Below, piece by piece: positions 39,127-48,958 of a stretch of 64,000 bases of DNA. A program made the translations under genes and the position numbers. The DNA is from Lysobacterales bacterium. GTDB lineage: Bacteria; Pseudomonadota; Gammaproteobacteria; Xanthomonadales; SZUA-5. The notes under the pieces are model-generated. The model did not search any database and had not been told where the DNA came from. It saw only the letters and a program-made list of their open reading frames with translations. The first letter of the stretch is position 1. Every line of letters begins with the position of its first letter. The DNA is taken from contig JALHMH010000004.1 in assembly GCA_022844165.1 (NCBI GenBank), forward strand, positions 1 to 64,000, in the 5' to 3' direction.

Positions 39127-40848
39127 AGGCGCTCGGCGCCAGGCGAGTCCAAACCCGTTGACCCAGATCCAGCTCGAACATTGCGTCGTTGTTGTTATGC
39201 GCATCATCGCCATGGTCGATGCGACCACCGAATACGCGAATGCGCCCGGCCGTCGTCAGCACGGCGCGATGTTTGTAGATCGATCCTGGAGCGTCGCCGC
39301 TGGTTTCCAGTCGGGTGATGCGCAGCGTGCGCGTATCGAGTGCGAACACGGGCGTCTCGCTCTGAACACGCTGGTGCTGATAGCCGAGCGAACCGATGAG
39401 GTAAATCGTGTCGCCCACGAGCGTGGCCGTGTGGAAATCGGTCGGCGGAAAAACGTCCGCTGGATAGCCGTAGATTTCGATGCGGCCATCCGGGTAGTGC
39501 ACAAACACATCGTTGTAGATGCAGAAGTCCGGGTCGTAGCCATCCTCGTGCTCGCCCGCTATCTGGATGATTCGCCCGTCGGCAGAAAACTGATCGACTG
39601 ACCGAATCGCTCCGCGCACCACACCGGATGCTCAATGGACGACGGTTTGTCGCTGAACTGCGTTCGCGCCAGCCATGCACTGATCCCGGATCGCACCATG
39701 GCCATCCAGAATGGATCGTCCATGCGCTCCGGGTTGCTGGTGCCGAAGCGCCGCTGCGCGCCGCGCGAGAAGGCCTCAGGCGTCGCATCGAAATGGCGCA
39801 CACTGGGTTCGGCGGGCAGTCCAACCAGCGCACGCCGAATCTCGAACTGCAGGTTGTTCGGGTCCGCGCCGGCGTCGAGCAACGCCCGTGCCGTGGTCGC
39901 CTCACGACAGCAGTACAGTGCGTTGAGATGGCCCTGATGTTGATCCGGATCCTGCCCGTCATCGAGCAGCGCTCGGACCGCTTCGAAGCAGCCGCTCTCA
40001 CACGCGCAGGCTAACGCCGACGTGCCGAATTCATCCGTGTCCAGCAATGAGAAGCCTTGCTCGACCAGCCAAGACAACATCGCGACGTTTTGCATTTCGA
40101 TGGCATAGAAAACCGCCGGCTTGCCACAACGTCCACGGGCGTTGCGCGCCACACCATGCAGCAACAACAGCTCAACCTTGTGCTGATCGCCCGTTTGAAT
40201 CGCCAGCAGCAACGGCGTGCGCTCCCAGCCGTCCCGCCCTTCCGCATCTTCGCCTGCATCCAGGGCCGCGTTGACCTCCGCCAACGTGCCGAGCGCGATC
40301 GCTCGATGCAGCGCCGACCATTCCAGCGGCGTCGGACGCGCGCCGGCCGCCAGCAAACAACGCACGCCTTCGAAGTGGCCGATGTTCGACAGGACCGACA
40401 AGGCGGATTCGCCATATCGGGTGACCACATCCAGCTTCGCGCCGCGCTCGATCAGCAAAGTCAGCAAGGGCAGCAGCTCTTCTGGCGTTCGCCCGGTGGC
40501 GCTACACGCAGCGTCAATCAGCACAGAGTAGCCATTGCGCGAGGCGTGAATGTCCGCACCCGCATCCAGCAGCAATCGCGCCTTGCGAACATCGCAAGCC
40601 GCCAACGCAAACGACAGCGGCGTGCGGCCGCGGTCGTATTCGCGCTGCGCGCCGATGTTCACCGCTGCGCCTGCGTCGATCAGCGCCCTTACGATCTCGG
40701 GACCCGCTTGCGCGCTGCTCGCGGCAATCATCAGCGGCGTCAAGCCGGCTTCGTCGAAGCGATCGATTGCGTCGCCGTTTGCGAGCGCAATAACGCCTTC
40801 GATATCGCCGACTTCCGCGGCGCGATGTAGTTCGTACTGTGGCTTCAT
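39125..40848 (-). pseudogene. ankyrin repeat protein with C-terminal Kelch-like domain, frameshifted
   Basis: many ankyrin repeats; WCAERFGQSISFLP and DGRIIQIAGEHED.YDPDFCIYNDV split by a 1-nt loss near 39580. Confidence 0.8.
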
Positions 40849-41171
40849 TCGGAAAACGGGAGGCGGCAACAGGTGAGTGTAGCGCTGAAGGTTGGTGCGC
40901 ATCGATCGTTTGCCGCAGAGGTAAACGCTGTGACGGTCTTCGGGGACTGAGAGTCGGCGAGCTTGGGTCATGCGGCAATCATGACCTCGTACCAAGGCCG
41001 TATCTGTCGGACTAGCGCTGGAGTTCGTGTCAGAATCTTCCAACAGCTGACGGCTGTCCGCGATCGATTCTGATGAACTGGACCTTGCTCATCCAAGGAA
41101 ATGCTGGTGAGGGGCATTCGGGCGCAGGCCACACGGGAACTGATACGGAAGATTCGGGAGACAAAGCCGAA

Positions 41172-42548
41172 ATGGGAAACAACTCTGACATCGATTTCGT
41201 GCTTCGTTTTGAAACGGCTCCCAAGGGAACCGTCTACCTCTCGGTCTCGTGGCAGCCCGATTCAGGCAAGGATTTCGGGTACAAAGTCATCCGGAAGCTG
41301 GATGAGGAGAGGTACCTGGCCGTCGGCGATGTCAAGGGGTTCGCAGATATGAACACCGCGCGCCTCAGGAGAATCATGGGCCAAGCTGACGCATTCCTGT
41401 CGCTCCTTCCGTTCCGACCCGACAAGCCGTTGAAGACGTCTGGATTTATGCTTGACGAGATCCAACTGGCAGTAGAACTCGGAATCCCGATTGGCATTCT
41501 TTATGACGCTCGGATCTCACCGGTTATCACAGACGAACCTGGCAGGGATTCCGTTGTCGTCGCCACAAGCGACAGGCAGATCACCATCCCGCGAGAACGT
41601 CTGGCATTGCTCACGCCATTTGATTTCGGTGTTAGGAGGTCGGAGGAGCTTCAGCTCGTCGAACTCGCCGAGTTTCTCAGGAAGGTAACCACACGGCAGT
41701 CTGTTGTGGGTCCCTATGCATTCTTGATTTCCCGCCTGCAGCCAGACTTCCGTCTTCCACGGGAGGCCTGCCTAGCCGCCGCAGAGCGCGGATCTGGTGT
41801 GCCTTGCTACTGGATTGACTCCGAAGACTACCGGAGCAATGTTGACGACACGATCGATCGCGCCCGCTTGCTGATCAAGCACGCCACTTTTGTTGTTGCG
41901 GAGATATCCCTGACCGACGAAAACCCCGACTTTGACAATCCGAGCCGAGCACATGAGATCGGGTTAGCCACCGCTTATGGGAAGGTAGTGTTCCCAGTTT
42001 CCCATGCACCGCGTCGTCATCCGTACCACGGCCTCGTGGATCAGCAGTTGGTCTGGTGGGATGACGAAGAAGACCTTTTCGAGAAGCTTGTCGCTGCCGT
42101 GCATGCAAAAAGGGGATTAATCGGTCGGCACGTCTACAACTGGGAGCTGGAACGAGTTGACAAGGGACAGATGCCGCAGTTTCGATCGCCTAGGTTTGAG
42201 CCAGAAGGGGACCGTTGGCAACCACCAACCAACGCGGCAGAAAACCAGACTCAAGGTTGGATCTACGCTGTCAGTTTCGGAGTGATCGCATTCACCGTGG
42301 CGCTGCTACTTCGTCACGGGGTCGGTTATGACGATTCACTCGACCTAGCGGCGATACTTGCGGGGGTCGCTACCTTCATGTTTTCGTCGAGAATCAGCAG
42401 AAGCATCCAGTCGGCACTGACGCGAATTCGGTATCTAAGATGGCTCATACCCTGGATCGCGGCGCTACTCCTAGCCGCTACCATTGTTTTTCTCAGTCCG
42501 AGCGGGGATGGTGACCCGCCGGGTAGAGAGGAACGAAACGAGCGATAA
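41172..42548 (+). CDS. TIR-like + nucleoside 2'-deoxyribosyltransferase-like + 3TM protein, candidate defence gene
   Basis: VYLSVS...TSGFMLDEIQLAVELGIPI; FVVAEIS...NPSRAHEIGLATAYGKVVF; three C-terminal TM helices; lower GC. Confidence 0.65.
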   Translation: MGNNSDIDFVLRFETAPKGTVYLSVSWQPDSGKDFGYKVIRKLDEERYLAVGDVKGFADMNTARLRRIMGQADAFLSLLPFRPDKPLKTSGFMLDEIQLAVELGIPIGILYDARISPVITDEPGRDSVVVATSDRQITIPRERLALLTPFDFGVRRSEELQLVELAEFLRKVTTRQSVVGPYAFLISRLQPDFRLPREACLAAAERGSGVPCYWIDSEDYRSNVDDTIDRARLLIKHATFVVAEISLTDENPDFDNPSRAHEIGLATAYGKVVFPVSHAPRRHPYHGLVDQQLVWWDDEEDLFEKLVAAVHAKRGLIGRHVYNWELERVDKGQMPQFRSPRFEPEGDRWQPPTNAAENQTQGWIYAVSFGVIAFTVALLLRHGVGYDDSLDLAAILAGVATFMFSSRISRSIQSALTRIRYLRWLIPWIAALLLAATIVFLSPSGDGDPPGREERNER

Positions 42549-42790
42549 ACAAGCGATAAACTCCAGGGGACGCATGTACGCCTCCGGTTAACACCTGATT
42601 CGCTTCTAGGTTTCGCTTGAACTCTTTCCGCTTGGGTCAACACCGCCTCGTCTCGATATTCGAGCTCGGAAAGGCGCCGGCGCGGATCGGATTGAGATTG
42701 ACGTAGGCCATCGCTGACCGTCACCGTACCAGAGTCCAACGCTCGGCCCACGACTCGTGCCCACACCGTCGCTGGTGCGACCGTCGCCTG

Positions 42791-42943
42791 GGGGGCTCTG
42801 AACAAGTCAGAGATTCCGCCGGCCAAGGAAGGCCGGCCCGTCATTAAAGCAAGCAAGTGATGGAATGCTGGAAACCAAGTCCGAACGTACGCCAGACTGA
42901 AGCGTGGGCCTACAAGTCCAGCATGGACTTGTTTAGACCTTCC
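42791..42943. mobile_element. IS5-like MITE or internally deleted IS remnant (family F)
   Basis: imperfect 18-bp TIR GGGGGCTCTGAACAAGTC / GACTTGTTTAGACCTTCC (14 of 18) followed by CTAA. Confidence 0.55.
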
Positions 42944-42998
42944 CTAAGAGCCAGACTGGCCGAAAAGACGCAGCGCCGATTCTGCAAGGAACGCCTTT

Positions 42999-43805
42999 TT
43001 GGCCAAGTCTGCTCACAACTGGATCGTGCGTGCGCCTGGCGAGGTGTCGCGTGTGGAGGCCTGTTTCACCGGCCAGCCCTTTGCACCGCATCGGCACGAC
43101 ACTTATGCCGTGGCGATCACGGTCGCTGGCGTGCAGAGCTTCCGCTACCGCGGTGCGGCGCGGCAATCGCTGCCGGGTCAGGTTGTCGTGATCCATCCCG
43201 ACGAGTTGCACGACGGCCGCGCCGGCGATGGCGCGGTGTTTCGCTATCGGAGCCTGTACCTTCAACCCACCGATCTGCAGTCCATTCTGGGCGGTCGATC
43301 GCTGCCGTTTCTTGACGGCGGCGTGTCGAGCCATCCGCGTCTCGTCCGTGCGACGCGTGCCTTGCTGGAGGATCTGACGCGCCCGCTCGAATCGACGGAA
43401 TGCGACGAAGCCCTGCATGATCTGGCCATCGCTCTGCTCGAAGCCGCCGGCGCGCCGCTCAGGCCCGCCCGCGTCGACTACGCCGCCGTGCAGCGCGCGC
43501 GCGAGTATGTCGACGCGCATCTCGACGATACGATTGAGCTGGCGACGCTCGCGCAGATTTGCGGGCGCGATCGCTGGCAGTTGTCGCGCGATTTTCGGGC
43601 CGTGCTCGGCGCAAGTCCTTATCGCTACGCGGTGCTGCGCCGCCTCGATCGCGCGCGCGCGATGATGCGCACGAGGCAGTCGCTCGCCGACGTCGCCATC
43701 GCCTGCGGCTTCGCCGATCAAAGCCATTTCACGCGACACTTCAAGAAGACCTTCGGCATGACGCCGAGCACCTGGTCTGCGCACGAGCGTTCAAGACCCG
43801 ACTGA
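42999..43805 (+). CDS. AraC family transcriptional regulator
   Basis: FAPHRHDTYA..GVQSF..HPDELHDG cupin domain; LADVAIACGFADQSHFTRHFKKTFGMTP. Confidence 0.93.
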   Translation: MAKSAHNWIVRAPGEVSRVEACFTGQPFAPHRHDTYAVAITVAGVQSFRYRGAARQSLPGQVVVIHPDELHDGRAGDGAVFRYRSLYLQPTDLQSILGGRSLPFLDGGVSSHPRLVRATRALLEDLTRPLESTECDEALHDLAIALLEAAGAPLRPARVDYAAVQRAREYVDAHLDDTIELATLAQICGRDRWQLSRDFRAVLGASPYRYAVLRRLDRARAMMRTRQSLADVAIACGFADQSHFTRHFKKTFGMTPSTWSAHERSRPD

Positions 43806-44067
43806 GGCTTCGCGATCCCGATCGTGGTCGCACGACCGCCGATATTGCGCTCTCCCACCGAGACTCTCGACGTCCGCGCGCGCCGACGTGCGTTTGCCGC
43901 TGATGGCACCGGCGCGCCGAACAGCGGCGATCTGGCCACGGCCCGCCGCGCGATCTGAATCGCGCACGATCGTTCTAGAGCGCTCGCGCTTTCCGTCACT
44001 ATCGTTCCGCTCATCAACCGAAGTCCCCGCTACGACCTGACGCCCGCTCCGGAGCCAACGCTTGCCG

Positions 44068-45405
44068 ATGAAGACCCTTGCCACGCTTTCGTATTTGCTG
44101 CGCCGCCTGGCCGTTCTGGGCCTGCTGCTGGGCTGCATGAGCTGGACTGCGCCTGCCCAGGCCGCCGGCGATCATGCCGAGCATGCTCCCATTGCGGTGG
44201 TAGCCGTCGACGACGCGTGGCGCGCGGCCTTGCCCCGTGACGCGGCCTTGGCCACCCAGGCCTATCTGGACCGCCTGCCCGCCGAGGCCGTGCAGCGCGC
44301 CAATCGCTACGAAGAAGGCGGCTACTGGCTGCAGCTTTGGGAGTTCCTGCTCGGCCTGGCCATCGCCGCGCTGATGCTCGGGGGACGTCGTTCGGCGCGC
44401 GTGCGCGACCGGGCGCAGCGGGTGGGGCGCTTTGCCTGGCTGCGCGACGGCCTCTATGGCGCCGTCTACGGCTTCAGCGCGGCGCTGCTGGCCCTGCCAC
44501 TAACCTTCTACCGAGGCTATGTGCGCGAACACGCCTATGGCATGTCCACGCAGAGTCTGTGGGACTGGGGATCGGAGCAGATGGTGTCCCTGGCCATCGA
44601 GGCGGTGGGCGCGGCCCCGGCGGTGGCCGTGCTCTACGCGGTGATCCGTCGCGCCGGTGAGCGCTGGTGGTTATGGGGCACGGCCGCGTGCAGCGCCCTG
44701 CTGGCGCTGATGCTGTTGGTGAGCCCGGTGCTGATCGCGCCCCTGTTCAACACCTACAAGCCGCTGGAACCCGGCCCGGTGCGCGATGCGGTGCTGATGA
44801 TGGCGCGGTCCAACGGCGTGCCGACCGACGAGGTCTACGCCGTCGATGCCTCGCGCCAGACCCAGCGCATCAGCGCCAACGTCAGCGGCCTCGGCGGCAC
44901 CGCCGCCATCCGGCTCAACGACAACCTGTTGAATCGCACCTCGTTGCCCGAGATCCGCGCCGTCATGGCGCATGAGCTGGGCCATTACGTGCTGAACCAT
45001 GCGCCCAAGATGCTGATGCAGTTCAGCTTGCTGATCCTGTTCGGCTTCCTGTTCTGCCAGTGGGCCATGCAGCGCCTGTTCGCACGCTTCGGCGAACGCT
45101 GGGGCACGCGGGCGGCGGGCGACGTGGCCAGCCTGCCCTTGCTGGCGGCGCTGTTCTCGGTCTTCATGATGGGCGCCACACCGGTCTTCAACACCATCAT
45201 CCGCACCCAGGAGATCGAGGCCGACCGCTTTGGCCTGAACCTGGCGCGCGATCCGCACGGCTTTGCCGAAGTGATGCTGAAACTGGCGGATTACCGCAAG
45301 CCCGAACCTGGCGCCCTCGAAGAAGTCGTGTTCTTCCACCACCCGAGCGCGCGGCACCGCATCCATGACGCGATGCGCTGGCGGGAGGCGATGGGGACGC
45401 CTTGA
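44068..45405 (+). CDS. M48 family (Ste24-like) membrane metallopeptidase
   Basis: IAPLFNTYKPL, VMAHELGH, EIEADRF, HHPS..RI. Confidence 0.92.
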   Translation: MKTLATLSYLLRRLAVLGLLLGCMSWTAPAQAAGDHAEHAPIAVVAVDDAWRAALPRDAALATQAYLDRLPAEAVQRANRYEEGGYWLQLWEFLLGLAIAALMLGGRRSARVRDRAQRVGRFAWLRDGLYGAVYGFSAALLALPLTFYRGYVREHAYGMSTQSLWDWGSEQMVSLAIEAVGAAPAVAVLYAVIRRAGERWWLWGTAACSALLALMLLVSPVLIAPLFNTYKPLEPGPVRDAVLMMARSNGVPTDEVYAVDASRQTQRISANVSGLGGTAAIRLNDNLLNRTSLPEIRAVMAHELGHYVLNHAPKMLMQFSLLILFGFLFCQWAMQRLFARFGERWGTRAAGDVASLPLLAALFSVFMMGATPVFNTIIRTQEIEADRFGLNLARDPHGFAEVMLKLADYRKPEPGALEEVVFFHHPSARHRIHDAMRWREAMGTP

Positions 45406-45448
45406 CCCTGGCGTGCAGGCGCCCGTTGGTCCCCAGACCGTGGATGCC

Positions 45449-45508
45449 CAGATCGTGGACAGGCACTGTTTCGGTAGATCGTGCAGATCGTGGACAGGCA
45501 CTGTTTCG
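45449..45508. repeat. two perfect 25-bp direct repeats CAGATCGTGGACAGGCACTGTTTCG
   Basis: copies at 45449-45473 and 45484-45508; partial copy near 45434. Confidence 0.85.
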
Positions 45509-45785
45509 AGTCGTGATCAGATCAAGAGGCCGGTAGGCCTCCGGCCGCCCCAGCTTGCGCCGGCCAAGCGTGCGATTTGACGCGACCTCAGGCCAACGCC
45601 GGTCTCAAGGTATGCGGCAGCACTGCGCCGATGCGGCTGGCCGGCATCGTTGGCAATCGCCCGAGTACGACGTGCAGCACTCCCCAACCAGCGTGCGCGA
45701 TCCGGCGAGGGCTGCGCTCACCCCGAAGCACCGCGCCAGTCACAAACAATCGAAGACTTGCGCGTGCAACCGGGGAGGCGTCTAC

Positions 45786-46012
45786 CTATGTCGTGGTTCC
45801 GGTCCCGAAGCGGGACAGCAGGCTTCGGATGGTCGCTGCCGAACACTCGGCCACAAAGCGCATGAGAAGCTCGTATCGGCCGTCGTCGGCAGCAGCGAGC
45901 GCGTCGAGGTAGTGGGACTTCGGCGGGAATTCGATGGGCAAGGGGCGCCCGGTGCTGCGCTCCAGGCAGATGGCGGCCAGGGCGCGTGCGACCCGTCCAT
46001 TGCCGTCGGCGA
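45786..46012 (-). pseudogene. Fic-domain protein C-terminal fragment
   Basis: FADGNGRVARAL (Fic motif HPFxDGNGRxxR cut just after the His-Pro position), YLDALAAADDG. Confidence 0.75.
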
Positions 46013-46089
46013 ACCTGGATGGGCAACCCGTCGTCGGTGCGGCGATCGGTGCCGGCTCTCCAGGCGGTTGCCGAATCCAAAGGCGCGCT

Positions 46090-47517
46090 TCACTCAAATC
46101 CGTTGCCGAACAATTGGTCGTCGCGGATGCGGAAGGCCCACATGTCGAAGTTCTGGGGATTGCCGAGGATGTCGCTGGTGATGTAACCGGCGGCGACGAG
46201 GCGTCGCTGCGGGTCGAAGGCGATGGCGGAAAGGCCCGCATCGATGCTGGGGCTGTCGAGATTGTAGGTGCCGAAGCCGCCATCGCCGAACCCGGGATCG
46301 GGCGCGCCACCGAGCGCCGGGTCGAAACGCACGAGATGGCCGCGCCAGCCGGGGCTGGTGAGCCCGGTGGTGAAAGCCAGGTAGACGCGACCGCGATCGT
46401 CGCGTGCAATGTCGCCAAGGCTGACAAAGGCGCCGTCGCCGCCGCAGCAGGATGCGCGGGTGCTGGTGCTGCCGACCGTCGCCAGCGCAGAGGTGGCGAG
46501 GTCAAGTTCGCGGGCGCCGAAGGACGATGCCGGGACGTCGGGGCAGGCAGCGTTGTCGATGCTCTGCTGCTGCGCGATGTACGCGCGCGCGCCGGTCGAG
46601 ACCACGGCCGTGTAGTAGAGCCAGCGCTGGCCGGCGTTGGCTGCGCAATCCAGAGGGGAGTCGACTCGCGCGTGTTCCAGCAGCCCGGTCGGTCCGAGCA
46701 CGAGGGCGGTGCCGTAGGCGACGGATTCGCTCGAACGGCCAGTGTAGCCGACGACGACAAGTCGGCCGTTGGCATCCACGGCCATCCCTAAGAGGTAGTC
46801 GCGGTAGTCGCGGCGATTCTGCGAGTCGACATGGCCCCACCGGAAGGAAAACTCGTTGTTCCAGTTCGGACGTGCGCCGCCGGTGAGCGAGTAAGCGTTG
46901 ACCCAGAGATCGATACTGGTGAACTGGTCAGCGAAGGGGGAGGAGCCGGCGACGAAGATGCCCCCTGCATCAGCGGCGATCGCGATCGGCTCCTGGTTGA
47001 TGAAGCCCACCACGCCGCCGTTGCCGATGCTGGTGACCGGGTTGCCCGCGAAATTGATCAGGACGACGAAGCCGAACACGTTGCCGTCCACGAAGTTGCC
47101 TGCGATCGCGATGCCCACACCGGGCACGATCGCGGCGTCGGCGACGGTCACATCGCGGAGCATGCCGGATGAGGTCAGCTTGAAGCTTCGTTGACCCGTG
47201 CCGAAAAAGCCGGTGTTGAGCTGGCCGTTGGCATCGAGGCTGGTGATCGAGATGGCTTTCTGTACCGGCTGGACCCCGGCCGCGGTGACCCCGGTGCCGA
47301 CCAGGTAGTGGGTGCCTGAGCTGGTGATCAGCAGGCGTTGCGGGGTGGACGACAGATAGGTACTGGTGCCGAGGAATGAGGTGATCTTGGCGAAGCCCTG
47401 CGGCGCGGCAAAGTCGGGGTCGCGGTTTGGGGTGTCGGCGCGGGACGTGCCAGCCGAAAGGAGGACGAGGCACAGCGAGATCTGGCGCAGGCAGACAATC
47501 AGCGAACGGCAGAACAC
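46090..47517 (-). CDS. secreted beta-propeller-like (delta-60 repeat-like) protein with C-terminal FGNGFE tag
   Basis: signal peptide; LNTGFFGTG, PDPGFGDGG, D..GRLVVVG repeats; ends DDQLFGNGFE. Confidence 0.82.
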   Translation of the reverse strand: MFCRSLIVCLRQISLCLVLLSAGTSRADTPNRDPDFAAPQGFAKITSFLGTSTYLSSTPQRLLITSSGTHYLVGTGVTAAGVQPVQKAISITSLDANGQLNTGFFGTGQRSFKLTSSGMLRDVTVADAAIVPGVGIAIAGNFVDGNVFGFVVLINFAGNPVTSIGNGGVVGFINQEPIAIAADAGGIFVAGSSPFADQFTSIDLWVNAYSLTGGARPNWNNEFSFRWGHVDSQNRRDYRDYLLGMAVDANGRLVVVGYTGRSSESVAYGTALVLGPTGLLEHARVDSPLDCAANAGQRWLYYTAVVSTGARAYIAQQQSIDNAACPDVPASSFGARELDLATSALATVGSTSTRASCCGGDGAFVSLGDIARDDRGRVYLAFTTGLTSPGWRGHLVRFDPALGGAPDPGFGDGGFGTYNLDSPSIDAGLSAIAFDPQRRLVAAGYITSDILGNPQNFDMWAFRIRDDQLFGNGFE

Positions 47518-47665
47518 GATGCGGGCTCCGGGTGGCGACGCGGCGGGCTGCCGCGGCGCGCACTGTGCAAGCGCTGCCGAGCAGCTGCTTGATCACCAGA
47601 TTATCGGTACCTTATCGGCGCGCTCAGAGCACGTAAGGCATTGAACGAAATAGGATTTGGCGTAG

Positions 47666-47758
47666 GAAGTTGCGCGCTGGCAGATGGCAACCGCTCGCTT
47701 CTGCGGCTCGATCGCCCCGGACGCCGTGTTTCGGAATGGCTTTGAGTTGGCGAATTGA
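47666..47758 (+). pseudogene. orphan C-terminal fragment ending PDAVFRNGFELAN-stop
   Basis: translated by hand; TGA at 47756-47758. Confidence 0.55.
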
Positions 47759-47932
47759 GGGCAGCGTACAGCCGGCCGCACGCTGCAATAACCGGGTTGT
47801 CACACGAGGGTCGCCCCTACAACGGCACCACTTAACCCTGACGATTCACGCTCCTCTACTATCCGCTCAAGCCGCTTTCGCTCGTGGCGGCGCTGAGTTG
47901 CAATGCGTGAGCCCCAAGAAAGGAGGATTGAG

Positions 47933-48442
47933 ATGCCCGAGTACCGCAGGAACCTGGACATCTACCAGGGCTACAACTACACGAATGACAAGCAGACACC
48001 GGTCGGCTTTATCACGCAGATGCAGATCGGCACCCTGGCGCTCGCTGCAGATCAGACGGTCAAAAACCCGAGCGACGCCACCATGGACCTGCAGGTCGTC
48101 GGCGTGATGAGCGGCGTCCTGTGGGAGACCGGCGTGACCGATGCCGTCTTCCTGGCGGCGCAGATCTCGATGACGAATCGCCAGGAAGTCGCGCGCCTGG
48201 TGATGGGCAGCCTCACCAACATCCAGGTCGTCTTCCAGTTCTCGATCTACGAGTACGATTCGCTCGCGCAGAGGTACTTCCTCGCGTTCCACAGCACAAG
48301 CACGGACATGAACGGGGTGCTCCAAGCGCGCGGCGCGGAGCTCAACCTGTCTGTGGCCGACGATCCCTCGCCGGAGGTGCCGTCACCCGAGAACTATGCG
48401 TTCCAGATCGCGATCAACCCGCGTAAGGCGGATTCCCCGTAG
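47933..48442 (+). CDS. beta-rich hypothetical protein, probably 3'-truncated at a REPIN
   Basis: strong SD AAGGAGG, biased codon use; the stop TAG lies in the GTAG end of the REPIN. Confidence 0.75.
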   Translation: MPEYRRNLDIYQGYNYTNDKQTPVGFITQMQIGTLALAADQTVKNPSDATMDLQVVGVMSGVLWETGVTDAVFLAAQISMTNRQEVARLVMGSLTNIQVVFQFSIYEYDSLAQRYFLAFHSTSTDMNGVLQARGAELNLSVADDPSPEVPSPENYAFQIAINPRKADSP

Positions 48443-48587
48443 GGTGGAACCCGCACACGCTTCATCGTGCGGATTCCACCGTTACGCGCACGGCACGATG
48501 AACGATGGTTGTCGCGGGCCGGCGGCGGAAACCGCGCGGACGGATCGCGGCACGGTCATTGGATTCGGCGCGCGGGTTCCGCCCTAC
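48439..48587. repeat. REPIN-like family C, complete unit
   Basis: inverted ends GTAGGGTGGAACCCGC / GCGGGTTCCGCCCTAC with internal hairpins (GTAG-type REP). Confidence 0.85.
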
Positions 48588-48596
48588 GTCTGCTGT

Positions 48597-48845
48597 ACCT
48601 GGATGGGCAACCCATCGTCGGTGCGGCGATCGGTGCCGGCTCAGCGCGTCGGTTCTGATCTCGCCACGCTGCGCTGGCCTGGCACAGGCAGACGATCAGC
48701 GAACGGCAGAACACGATGCGGGCTCCGGGTGGCGACGCGGCGGGCTGCCGCGGCGCGCACTGTGCAAGCGCTGCCGAGCAGCTGCTTGATCACCAGATTA
48801 TCGGTACCTTATCGGCGTGCCAGGAGCATGTAAGTTGTTGAACGA
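48597..48845. repeat. internally deleted copy of 46013-47648
   Basis: 48597-48642 matches 46013-46058; 48679-48845 matches 47482-47648. Confidence 0.88.
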
Positions 48846-48958
48846 GAGAGGAGTTTGCGTGGCTCTGTCAACACGGAGATCGAGATGATGAAAGTGCTGC
48901 ACGTCGCCCGGTCCGCGCCCGCCCTGGGCCGGGCGTTGCTGCTACGAGCGCCGCTGCG

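Noticed and set aside
45434-45520. CRISPR-like direct repeats
   Set aside because: Only two full copies with a 10-bp gap and no cas genes; no CRISPR array was seen anywhere in the window.
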